This document shows positions 1 through 10,650 of a DNA stretch of 64,000 nucleotides, piece after piece. Under the pieces are notes generated by a model. It searched no databases. It was not told the origin of the DNA and was given only the letters and a program-made list of their open reading frames with translations. The DNA comes from Tubiluchus corallicola (Eukaryota > Animalia > Priapulida), in the NCBI GenBank assembly GCA_030141605.1, contig JAQGDQ010000183.1, forward strand, positions 62,001 to 126,000. The letters run 5' to 3'. The translations under genes and the position numbers were made by a program. Every line of letters begins with the position of its first letter. Position 1 is the first letter of the stretch.

Positions 1-1040
1 TGATTTTAGTTTTTCTTTTATATTATTTTGTGGTACGAAATCCGTGATTTATTGGTATATAAAAGTCTTATGAATGTAACTGCTATTTTTATTTACAAAG
101 GTTTTTTAACCATACCCTGCAAATAGAGGGTCACTGTATGTATATTATGTAAATATTTGTATATGTGTATAATTTTAAATTTGAAATAAAGAATTATAAT
201 AATAAAACATGATAGATGTCAATATTTGCGATAGAAATGGCACATGTCTCATTATCTCAGGCAATCCTCTGTGATGAAACAGTCAACTAAGAGAGCGTCT
301 TTGCTATGTTCCTAGCCATATACACATTCTTCGGTGAGGCAAATAGCTGAGGCGTTGTGGCAGGAGACATTTTCTTCGGTAGTCGACCACCCATTTAATA
401 ATTACACACGACGTTGATTAATTTTTTCTTGCTATGTACGTACTTGTATTGACTGATTCACAATGTGTTTGTGTTATCAAGTTGTTAGAACACTTTTAGC
501 TGATTCCGTCACAATGGCTCATCGTTTTCTCTCTTCTGACATTTCCCATATAACATTTAAGCTAACGTCATGAGCCTTTGGATTTTGTTGTTCAAATTGT
601 TTCCTTTAGTAGCTGAAAAAGTTAGATGCCCCAATGTGTGTTGCAAATCCTCTGAATTGAATTGAATTTTTTGACTAACACGGACAAAGCATATTAATAA
701 TACACTAACAAAGGCCCTGCAAAAAAAATTCATATAAACACTTATAGTCAAAAATACGCTAACATCCTACGTAGTCGTCATTTACAACCAAAGCCAGTAG
801 CAACTTTTACTGAATTAAAGTTATAAGGTTATAGATAGAGTATAATGAATGACGTCAGAACAATGGCTTTGCGTCAGCAGTTTTCCAAGTGAAAATTGCC
901 AAAAGTAGAACATCTAATTAACTCGTCGGCACTCCTCTTGCTGGACATGTAATAAAATATAGCGCACATCATCGTGTAGCCCTGTTCTTGCTCTTTCTAA
1001 AGAGCCATATATCTCCTTTCGAGAGTCCTACCAGGTGCCA

Positions 1041-1429
1041 CTAGAACGTTTCTTCTGCAGGCTGTTTGGTCAAAATTTCGAAAAAATTGTGAGTTGTGTC
1101 CGGGAAAACGTCCGTTACGGGATGCCGTGGCCCTCTCGCGAATTCTAGATACACCTACTACACACACCGCTGAGCGGGCTATCTATCCATGGCCAACTCC
1201 ACCCCCGGCCCGTTCCCATTCTTCAGAAATAAGAGGTATAAGTTTTGCAAAAAAATGGCTAAAAAATGCACATTTTTGGAGGTCTTTCGCCCCCCCCCCC
1301 TGTTCCTTCCGGTGGGCCCGATTCGAAAAATAAACCCCCAATGGATACATCGAGACCTTTCGTTTGATGTATAGATCGTCGCATGTCGTCCGAGCTGTAG
1401 CCTCGAATCTTATATATATAATGTATACG
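1041..1429 (-). mobile_element. Possible non-autonomous Helitron-like element
   Basis: Minus strand starts A|TCGTATACATTATATATATAAG (resembles Helitron 5' TC ends) and ends CTAG|T at 1041; interior is GC-richer than the flanks. No convincing 3' hairpin. Confidence 0.3.
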
Positions 1430-3789
1430 ATCGCACTCAATGTTGTAAATTGAGTTAGTCCAAATTAAAAAAACAGTATCGGTAGCGAGAAGTCTGAATG
1501 ATACACAGATCAAAACACGATCTTACGAACCTGATTGGTCGTTAACAGTGTGATTGCTTGACAGGGCGATAAATTTGCTCGAAAAGAGAATGCATTGTAC
1601 CATGTCGTAACGAAGCCTGTGAGCGGATGTTTTATGCCTGTCATTTGACCTCAATTGGGTCAAATACAATTATTTGAAGGTCAGACATACCCAGAAACAT
1701 GTATGGATATATATATATATATATACAGATGATATGTAGAACTGAAAGCAAGTAGGGATGGCAAGGAGAACGAATACTAACAGAAATAATCTAATTAATG
1801 ACATTGCTAGTGGGTTCAAATCCCGAATGGCTCACAATTTTTCACCATCCCCTTTCTTTCTTCAACTCATTGCCCACAACGGGTAACAAATGTTGTAAAA
1901 TAAACAGCAATGGTTTATGAACATTCTGGAATTCACAGCCTTAATCTAATTAATAAGAGGAGAAAGATATTAGAATGTCTGGTACGACATGTTTTATAAA
2001 GAATTCTGTGGTGTGAACTGGCCTTAACCCTGTCGATGAACTGTTTGTGGTTCTGATCATGAATTTAAATAAAGGAAATAGACCACTGATTGTTAAAAAG
2101 TAAAAGATTTTCTACGTAACGATAATAAACGTTTTTAGAAGGGTCATCTCTGAAATGAAGCCGTGTTTTGTTTTATCAGCTGATCGGGGTGTGGCTTGCG
2201 GCGAAGTATCGTCACCTGAAAGGAACCGAAGTGGTCTAAGTGTGTTGCTGCAGCTCGTGTGCTTGTATAGTTAGTAAGTTTTCGTTTATTTTGTGCATGT
2301 GCCGGTGTTTATTTCTCTACTCATCATACTGTGCATCGTACTGTTGTTGTCGTTGCTTTAACAACTTTTTTCTGTTGCTTGTTGCTTAGTGATCTTCTGT
2401 CACTGCTAGCAAAACTTGACTGCTTTCTGTTTACTAGTTTATTGATTTTTTTGTGCATGCTGAACGAGACTTATTGGCCGTTCCTAAATCTGAACTGACC
2501 TTGTTTCAAAGATACAGACATCTTGATTGATTTATTGGTTGAGTTTAAATTAATTAACACTTTTAGGCTTTAAATTTGGCAGTGATGCTGTTTATTTTAT
2601 CCTGGAATCTTTGGTTTTTTGTCAATTGCTGTCTCGTTTAGAAGTTCTATTCAATCTATTTATTGCTTCAAGATCTTCACTGTCTCGTCAAAAGTCTCTT
2701 AATAGAAACTGAAAACTGTTTAATTATTGCAGTTATTTAATTAATGACCTATGACCTATTTTTATTGTTTCAAAAATGCAGTTTTTTGTACTTTTTTTAT
2801 CTCTGTGTTTTACTGTGTAGTTTGAGTTTGTATGATGTGTATAGCTAATGCCCTAGTTAGTGTTTGAGTCACGTAATGATCATGCTCAGCCCGGTTCAGA
2901 TGGCCACTTCTTGCAAGGTAGCAAATAAAAAACTTTTAGAATTCGATAAAAGTTTCGAAACTTTCGATATTCTTTGGGCAAATTTCTCCAAACATTTACG
3001 AGATATCTGAATTTTGGGCCTCTCTCTCCTTGGGATAGGAGTCAAGTTTGTTTTACAATTTAGTTGAAGTATTCCCTCATTTCATGCCAGTGGATGATTA
3101 GTTTATTTCTTGTGCCAGTACTTGTTCAAGTTTTCGTGAAAAAACAGAGTTTGTGTTGAATTTTTGATAGCCTTTCTTGGTTACTGATTGGTGAATGGAG
3201 GAGAATAGTAGCAGCTCATGTGTCTGTACTGTGGAACTGCAGCACCCCCTGTTTTCACTCAATATTATCGACAATATGACTTCTTTCTTTAGTTCTTTCT
3301 TTATACTTGTACAGAACTAGAGCACATGAGAGTGGTACTCTGTTTGCGTCACAGCCCAGTACAGTGGTGTGTCTGGCTGTTGTGCGCATGCCGCCATGTC
3401 TGAGATAACACACTGTTTGCTGCACTGATAGCATCTGTTGCTAGGTAGATAAAGTACTGTTGCTCACACAGTTTGTTATCAGTTGTCACCTGTTTGAAAA
3501 TCGTGTATCAGCATATTCCTAAACTGTGGCAATTTAGGCTATTCGTAAGCAAACAATTTTTTGGTTAAGGATTTTGTCAAATTTATATATAAATTTGTGT
3601 ATGCTTGTTTGTTTAAAATTACAATTACAAATTACAACATCATAATTACGTATATTTGTTTCATCTCAAACGGTACTAAACCAATGACTAAAAATTTTCT
3701 GAAGCAGCACTCCCACTAATTTTAACTACAAGCAGCTACAGGAGGAAACACAAATCTGACAATATTTTTCTCTATCGTCAGAATGCTTT

Positions 3790-3925
3790 AATGCTCTTTG
3801 GTATTAAAGAAAAGACTTAAAAGCTCAAGTTAAAAAACCAATATAAGACCTAGTTAGGAAAATGCAGGCAAAATTAAAATTAAATTCTAACTTGAAAAGA
3901 CGTGTCTTGAGTAATTTTTTAAATG
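3790..3925 (-). mobile_element. L2-type LINE 3' tail fragment
   Basis: Minus strand reads FKKLLKTRLFK, the typical extreme C-terminus of L2 ORF2. Confidence 0.45.
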
Positions 3926-3930
3926 TAATG

Positions 3931-4090
3931 CAGGGTTCCCACGGTCAGGGCATATCCTTGAAAATATACAGGCCATCCTGGAAAGTCATGGAAAAGTCAA
4001 GGAAAAAGATAATTTAGTAAAAAGTCAGGGAAGTGATGAAAATGAGGGGGGGGGGAAGTCAGGAAAATTAGAAAGGGTTGTAAAAATGAT
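3931..4090 (+). mobile_element. Partial MITE with CAGGGTTCCCAC terminus (same family as 47954-48357)
   Basis: About 150 bp of clear similarity to the left end of the complete copy at 47954. Confidence 0.7.
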
Positions 4091-4907
4091 GAGGTATCCC
4101 GGCAAATTCTTGACCTGCGGTAATTTTGGCTATTCGTAAGTAAACAATATGTTTTGTTTAGGATTTTATCAAGTTTATGTGTAAATTTTCGTGTGTTTGG
4201 TTGTTTAAAATTACGAATTACAAAATTATAATTACACATGTTTGTTTCGTTTTACACTGTATTAAAACAATGGCAAAATGTTTCTGAAGCAGCAATCCCA
4301 CTAATTTTAGCTACGAGCCGCCACTGGAGAAGAAGATTGTTGAATCAGTATTAGAATTTATGTAACTTGACTTTCTGTTTTTCTGCCTTTGTTTCGGCAT
4401 TCGGCTTGTACCGTTTATCATTTTTACTGTTTTTCGTGTTTAAAGCGACGAAGTTTTGGTGATCAAGAGACAGTTAGTTGGAGTGTCAGTCATATGTTGC
4501 TTGTGCTACCCGAATGAATATCAACTTTTACTGTGTTCTACTTATTTCTGCAATTTTGAAGATTGCAGGCATGGGGATCACGCGTGGGTCTGTTTGTAGG
4601 ATAGACAAAGCCGAATCCTGACTTTTTGGGGCCCCTGGGCTAATAAAATTATGGGCCCCCTCAGGCGAAGCCACCTTTTCATTTACCTCCATTTGTCTTG
4701 AAGCTTTTTTACACGCCGAAATATATGTTAGCGACATTTACACAGCTTGAAGTAAATTTGCCTTAAAGGAAGCCTTAAAACCTTGCAGAAAATCACCTGG
4801 TAAACCTAGAACAACTTGGAAGCTAAGATAAAGATGCTGCAGTTTCTGTGCAAAATTTTTAACAAATTAATAGTGGTTTTACTGCAGAACAAAATCAAGT
4901 AATTGGT

Positions 4908-6240
4908 ATGATCTTTGTAAGACTACTTTTTACTAGTGGCTCGAAAACTTGTTCGGAAATCTTTCAATCATGTAATTTGCATGATCTTTGTAAGAACACT
5001 TTTACTAGTGGTTCGAAAACTTGTTCGGAAATCTTTCAATCATGTAATTTGCATGATCTTTGTAAGAACACTTTTACTAGTGGTTCGAAAACTTGTTCGG
5101 AAATCTTTCAATCATGTAATTTGCATGATCTTTGTAAGAACACTTTTACTAGTGGTTCGAAAACTTGTTCGGAAATCTTTCAATCATGTAATATGCATGA
5201 TCTTTGTAAGAACACTTTTACTAGTGGTTCGAAAACTTGTTCGGAAATCTTTCAATCATGTAATATGCATGATCTTTGTAAGACCTCTTTTTACTGGTGG
5301 TTCGAAAACTTGTTCGGAAATCTTTCAATCATGTAATATGCATGATCTTTGTAAGAACACTTTTACTAGTGGTTCGAAAACTTGTTCGGAAATCTTTCAA
5401 TCATGTAATATGCATGATCTTTGTAAGAACACTTTTACTAGTGGTTCGAAAACTTGTTCGGAAATCTTTCAATCATGTAATATGCATGATCTTTGTAAGA
5501 CCTCTTTTTACTAGTGGTTCGAAAACTTGTTCGGAAATCTTTCAGCCATGTAATACGCATGATCTTTGTAAGACCTCTTTTTACTAGTGGTTCGAAAACT
5601 TGTTCGGAAATCTTTCAATCATGTAATATGCATGATCTTTGTAAGACCTCTTTTTACTAGTGGTTCGAAAACTTGTTCGAAAATCTTTCAGCCATGTAAT
5701 ATGCATGATCTTTGTAAGACCTCTTTTTACTGGTGGTTCGAAAACTTGTTCGAAAATCTTTCAGCCATGTAATATGCATGATCTTTGTAAGACCTCTTTT
5801 TACTAGTGGTTCGAAAACTTGTTCGGAAATCTTTCAGTCATGTAATATGCATGATCTTTGTAAGACCTCTTTTTACTGGTGGTTCGAAAACTTGTTCGGA
5901 AATCTTTCAATCATGTATGATCTTTGTAAGACCTCTTTTTACTGGTGGTTCGAAAACTTGTTCGGAAATCTTTCAATCATGTAATATGCATGATCTTTGT
6001 AAGACCTCTTTTTACTAGTGGTTCGAAAACTTGTTCGAAAATCTTTCAGCCATGTAATATGCATGATCTTTGTAAGACCTCTTTTTACTAGTGGTTCGAA
6101 AACTTGTTCGGAAATCTTTCAATCATGTAATATGTATGATCTTTGTAAGACCTCTTTTTACTGGTGGTTCGAAAATCTTTCAGTCATGTAATATGCATGA
6201 TCTTTGTAAGAACACTTTTACTAGTGGTTCGAAAACTTGT
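4908..6240. repeat. 72/73-bp tandem array, about 18 units
   Basis: Unit CTAGTGGTTCGAAAACTTGTTCGGAAATCTTTCAATCATGTAATWTGCATGATCTTTGTAAGAACACTTTTA repeated head-to-tail. Confidence 0.97.
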
Positions 6241-6241
6241 T

Positions 6242-6543
6242 ATGCAGGGCGCACGCCTGGGCAAGGTGTATGGAGATCCTGAGTTGCCCAAACCGCAGGA
6301 ACTCCATCTCTTCCTCCCTGGTGTAGTCCAAAGGAAAGTGGAGCGATACGTTTGGCACCAGGTTTGCTGCAGGAGCTGCCGTGGTCAGTGAGCATGCTGC
6401 ACTGGTCCGCCTTTTGGGCTCCACTCCTGATTTGGAAGGTTTACTCCTCTACACATGGCCGTTGGGTCACTTGACCTCCTCTGCCCTCTCGTCATTGGTT
6501 GTTTGTGCAGCTCCTCTGTCTAGTGTCGAGATACAGTGTGGGC
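6242..6543 (-). mobile_element. RTE-clade LINE 5'-region-like sequence fused behind a 5S head
   Basis: GC-rich insert; motifs GGAGTAAACC, GGAGTGGAG and CTGGTGCCAAACGTAT..CTTTCCTTTGGAC on the minus strand resemble 5' regions of RTE elements as I recall them (recognition from memory, not a search). Confidence 0.55.
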
Positions 6544-6651
6544 AAACCTACAGCACCTGGTATTTCTAGGCGGTCACCCATCCTAGCACTAACCAAGCTC
6601 TACGTTGCTTAACTTCGGTGATCAGACGAGAACCAGTGTTTTCAACGTGAT
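6544..6651 (-). rRNA. 5S rRNA-derived sequence, 5'-truncated (pseudogene or SINE3 head)
   Basis: Minus strand ATCACGTTGAAAACACTGGTTCTCGTCTGATCACCGAAGTTAAGCAACGTAGAGCTTGGTTAGTGCTAGGATGGGTGACCGCCTAGAAATACCAGGTGCTGTAGGTTT matches metazoan 5S rRNA from about nt 13 to the 3' end. Confidence 0.93.
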
Positions 6652-7714
6652 TCGGAAATCATGTAATCATCTTTTTTTGTAACACACCACAAACACTTCG
6701 GTTCTACCTGCATTTTTCTACTTTACATATTACAAATGGTTTGTTTAAAATTTCTTTCAAATGCCCACAGCCTCTTTCCTGGTAATTGTACATTTGTGCG
6801 TCGAAACGCTTCGCGCAACTTTTTTTCTCAGTGACAAATTACACTTTTTCTGTGTTTTGGTTTTCTGATTGTGTGTTATCATTATAAATAGGTACCTCAA
6901 ATTAGTATGTATACAGTGTTTTCTGCATTTTTTATTTGAAGAAAGTCCACAGTCTTAGAATAAAATGCAAATTGTGTAATATCTTTCCGTTTCATTATTA
7001 TGGGATGTTTTATTCATTTTTCTAATTCTTGCATTTGAATTATTTCTGCATTATGTCGCTTTGTGCTTGCATGATGTATGGTAATGATATTGTTAGTAAT
7101 TTTTGCGTAAATTGAATGGCTTGTTGAATTTATTAACTATTTATTGTTTACTCAAAATTTGTGTATCTGAAAAAAAAAGTTTGGATTGTTTATCAGTAGT
7201 AAACATTAGTTAGACATGTTATGGCATGCGCTTATCTGCATTTCTTTCTTGTTTGTCTTCGGGTATTTAAATTTCTAATACTGAGTCACCTGAAGGCTCT
7301 TGTTTATTTTGGTAATTTTGCTGTGAACACTGCAATTTTGGTTCTTAAGCTGTTTGATCTTATTAAGAACCTGAATTGTGGTCCATTTATAATATTGCAT
7401 TAAAAAGAATAAATTGTAAAGCAACAGAATACCCGTTATTTACATAAAGCTAGAAAAATCATTTTGAAATTTTGTATTACCTACAATACTGTCTTATTGC
7501 ATACAGAGCTTGTATTAGCTGTAAATTTTAACTACCGCGAGGATCGTTATGTGCAGTCATTTTGACGGTAGATCGTTGGGAAAAATTTAGATGACATCGC
7601 GTAAAGTTTGGAAAAATAATCAGACCTTTCGTAGCACACTGTTCCCTAACTAACCAAAGGTGTAAATTATGGCATCTTGCCAAACAGATTAATAATACAT
7701 TTCTTGGTGAATCA

Positions 7715-7880
7715 GTGGTGCACACTGGGAAGGTGAGTCAGCGACATTTTACCAGTTGGTGCAAACATTTAAATTACTAAAAAATTGTCTTTTTTAGTAA
7801 CATAAATCTTTTCAAGCAGGTAAATTCATAAGTGTAATGTAAGTTTGTGTGCAAAGTTTTTTGGGACGTAGTTAAAATTG
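7715..7880 (+). mobile_element. Dispersed repeat homologous to the last unit and right flank of the 35-bp satellite
   Basis: GGTGCACACTGGGAAGGTGAGTCAGCGACATTTTACCAGTTGGTGCAAACATTTAAATTA aligns with 24196-24360. Confidence 0.7.
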
Positions 7881-9819
7881 CCTTGTTCTAATCAGTAAAC
7901 CGCTTTACTCAAGGTGCAACGCCAAATCTAACTTTGCAAGTTTTGTGTTCACCTGTCTACTAATCTGTGAGATAGCTAACCGAACAAACAGTCTATGGCA
8001 ATTAGTAAGGGGGGACTATTGCAGTCCGTATTATGTTAAAGATACACAGGCTTCATGAGAATTTCGGTGTATTCTGATAAAGATCCTGTAAGAACTTTGT
8101 GGTGTGGTGTAAAACATGTGGTGTCATCTATTGATAGCGAGAAAAAAGAAACATAAATATTCATCAAAGTGGCTTTTATTGCCAACTGGTTTTGATCAAA
8201 ACTGTTCATTATGATGGCATCTAAAACAAAGAAATTTACCGGGAATTTTGAAACAAGATTGAAATACGATTCAGTGGTTAATAGCCATAATATAATATAG
8301 CCTATGATAATATAATATGATATAATATATTGGTAATGTAACAATTTACCTTACAGACTACATATCTTAACTTTTTAACACTCTATAGACAGACAAAGCA
8401 ATATGTTAGTAGTAACAGAAGTGTGAGTTTGAGGGAGCCGCCATTTTCTTACTGAATTCCACAAACCGCAGTGCACTGTTGGCATTGTGGAAACGTGAAA
8501 TATTCCCTCTTGTGGAAATATGAACCGACCTTTATTTACAACATAGTTTTGCATGAGATTATATGTGAAGCGAATACATTAACCCAGATTTGGGAGCTTT
8601 TGATCCCCACCATGTAAAGATTTTCTCAGTAATTTTTTGTCCACATAACCCCCTCACCCCCCCCCCCCCCCGAATAGGGTTGAGTTTTGCGCTGCCGATC
8701 TTTAATTTGCGTATTTGTGTTACAGATAGCCGGAATATTTATTGCATTCAAGTATCGGAACATGATGGATCCACGTGCCGATCCTGGAGCTTTCCAATGA
8801 GGCCCGAAATCGGTCCGTCTGATAAACGTTCTTCTAAATGTAAAAGAGTTAAACCTTCAGCTGGGAAGAGGGCAAATATTTAGTATTAAAAACTTCATAA
8901 GTTGAAGGACTTTGCTCTTTTCTTTTTCCTTTGACTTTATTTATTGTGGAAAGAGAAAAGAGAGGACTTACTTACACTTGTATGTAGCAAAAATTATTTA
9001 TACTAATTTGATTTGGATTCTGTAGCAGAGGCTAGTATTTATCGGGGTGCTAGGGGCAAATTGTTGCTGGGGATAAGTTATGGGAATTGTGATGCTAATC
9101 ATAGCATAGATCTGTCCAAGAGGTACATTCCACAGTTAATGTTGCATTTATTGAATTGTACTTAAATATGTACGTGTTCATGATAGTATACTTATGAATG
9201 TACTAAGATGTAGTGGTTTAATTAGTCTTGTCTCAAATCATCTGTCTGCCCTGAGCTTACAAATTCTGTGCCTTATTCTATTGGTCGCATCGAGCCAATC
9301 ATATTTTAGTTTAGTGAGAAATGTCATCCATTCAGATAACCGATCGTGAAAGTCGGTCAGTTATCATAAGCAACAAGTTTTCAAGTGTGTGAACACTTCA
9401 TACGCACCTCGTGTAGTAAAATGGATTGTTGAACTGAGGTAGGACTCCACGTGTGTGTAGTTTGTCTACAACAGTTTGCATGTGAATGCATCGATATGTT
9501 TCCGAAATGTGTACGTAATGTGCAATGCGTGATCCGTATGTATCCGAATGTGTTTGCTGTGTTTGTCCAAATGTGCATCACACAGCACGAAGTTTTTAAG
9601 GTTCCTGTGTACCATATTCTCTGATTGGCATCGTGGCCAGGTGAGTTTTAGTCACGTCAGGACGTGCATACAGTAATATTTCTGCGAACATTTGAATTTT
9701 TGAGAGGTGGAAGAAGCGTATGATTATTTTTCTGTATCTAGTTGCGGTTCCTTCTCTAAGTGGAGACAACACAGCATATTGTTCTCATCCCTGCAAAATT
9801 TATGCTTTTTTTAAATTTC

Positions 9820-10650
9820 AATAATGCTTTGAATAATACAAAGACCATGATGGTAAAATTTCAGCATTTATTGCCCAGTGCACGTGTATATGCAGTCATA
9901 CCGTAACTAAATTGAAAGACATAAGTCTTTTCAGCAGAGCCCTTCGGTGTCTACTTCTGTAATTATATCAAAGTATTAAAGCACAAAATTAAATTGTTGC
10001 TGAAAGCAGCCATGTTTGTTACTGAATAAAATTAGTACTAGATTCAGTAACTAAAACAGAGACGAGTTAGTAACATGTTCTTTTTGGCTACATAAAATTG
10101 GATCTCTAAAATTTATGATTCTTCCAAATTTTGAAATTGCTTCCAAAATTTTAAGATGAAAATCTGAGGTGCACATGTACATAATATTAAAATTTGAATC
10201 ATTGTACTTATCTGCACATTATATCAAAAAAATAATGAAATTATATCATATTAGGTAAAAGCACTATAGCTGCAAACCAAGACAAAGCCACATCTGCCAT
10301 AGCCCAGCATCTACACAACAATCAGTGATGTGCAGATAACTACAATGATTCAAATTTTAATATTGTGTAAATGTGCAGCTCAGATTTTCATCTTTTGGAA
10401 GCAATTTCAAAATTTGGAAGAATCATAAATTTTAAAGATCCAATTTTATGTATACAAAAAGAACATGCTACTAACTTGTCTCTGTTTTAGTTACTGAATC
10501 CATTACTAATTTTATTCAGTGTTTACTTCTGCAATTTTATCAAAGTATTAGCACAATACTAAAATTGTTGCTGAGAGCAGCTATGTTTGTTACTGAACAA
10601 AATTAGTACTAGATTCAGAAACTGAAACATTTAGCATTATTTAAAGCATT
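9820..10650. mobile_element. Penelope-like retroelement 3'-end fragments in inverted arrangement
   Basis: Plus strand 10290-10490 translates to SAIAQHLHNNQ*CADNYNDSNF..DFHL..LEAI..DPILCIQKEHATNLSLF*, like the C-terminus of PLE GIY-YIG domains; an inverted copy spans 9820-10218 and a further copy lies at 55957-56392. Confidence 0.75.
9917..9952 (-). ncRNA. Degenerate minimal hammerhead ribozyme motif
   Basis: AGACA-CCGAAGG-GCTCTGCT-GAAA-AGACT-TA-TGTCT; the core deviates from CTGANGA. Confidence 0.45.

Noticed and set aside
271-350. GTGATGA...CTGA spaced like a C/D snoRNA
   Set aside because: Weak terminal stem, no recognisable guide target and no evident host intron.
4908-6282. Cluster of ORFs of 60-192 aa with periodic sequence
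   Set aside because: Artefacts of translating the 72/73-bp satellite.
6544-6651. Functional 5S rRNA gene
   Set aside because: First dozen or so nucleotides missing, substitutions in helices, no terminator and not in an array.
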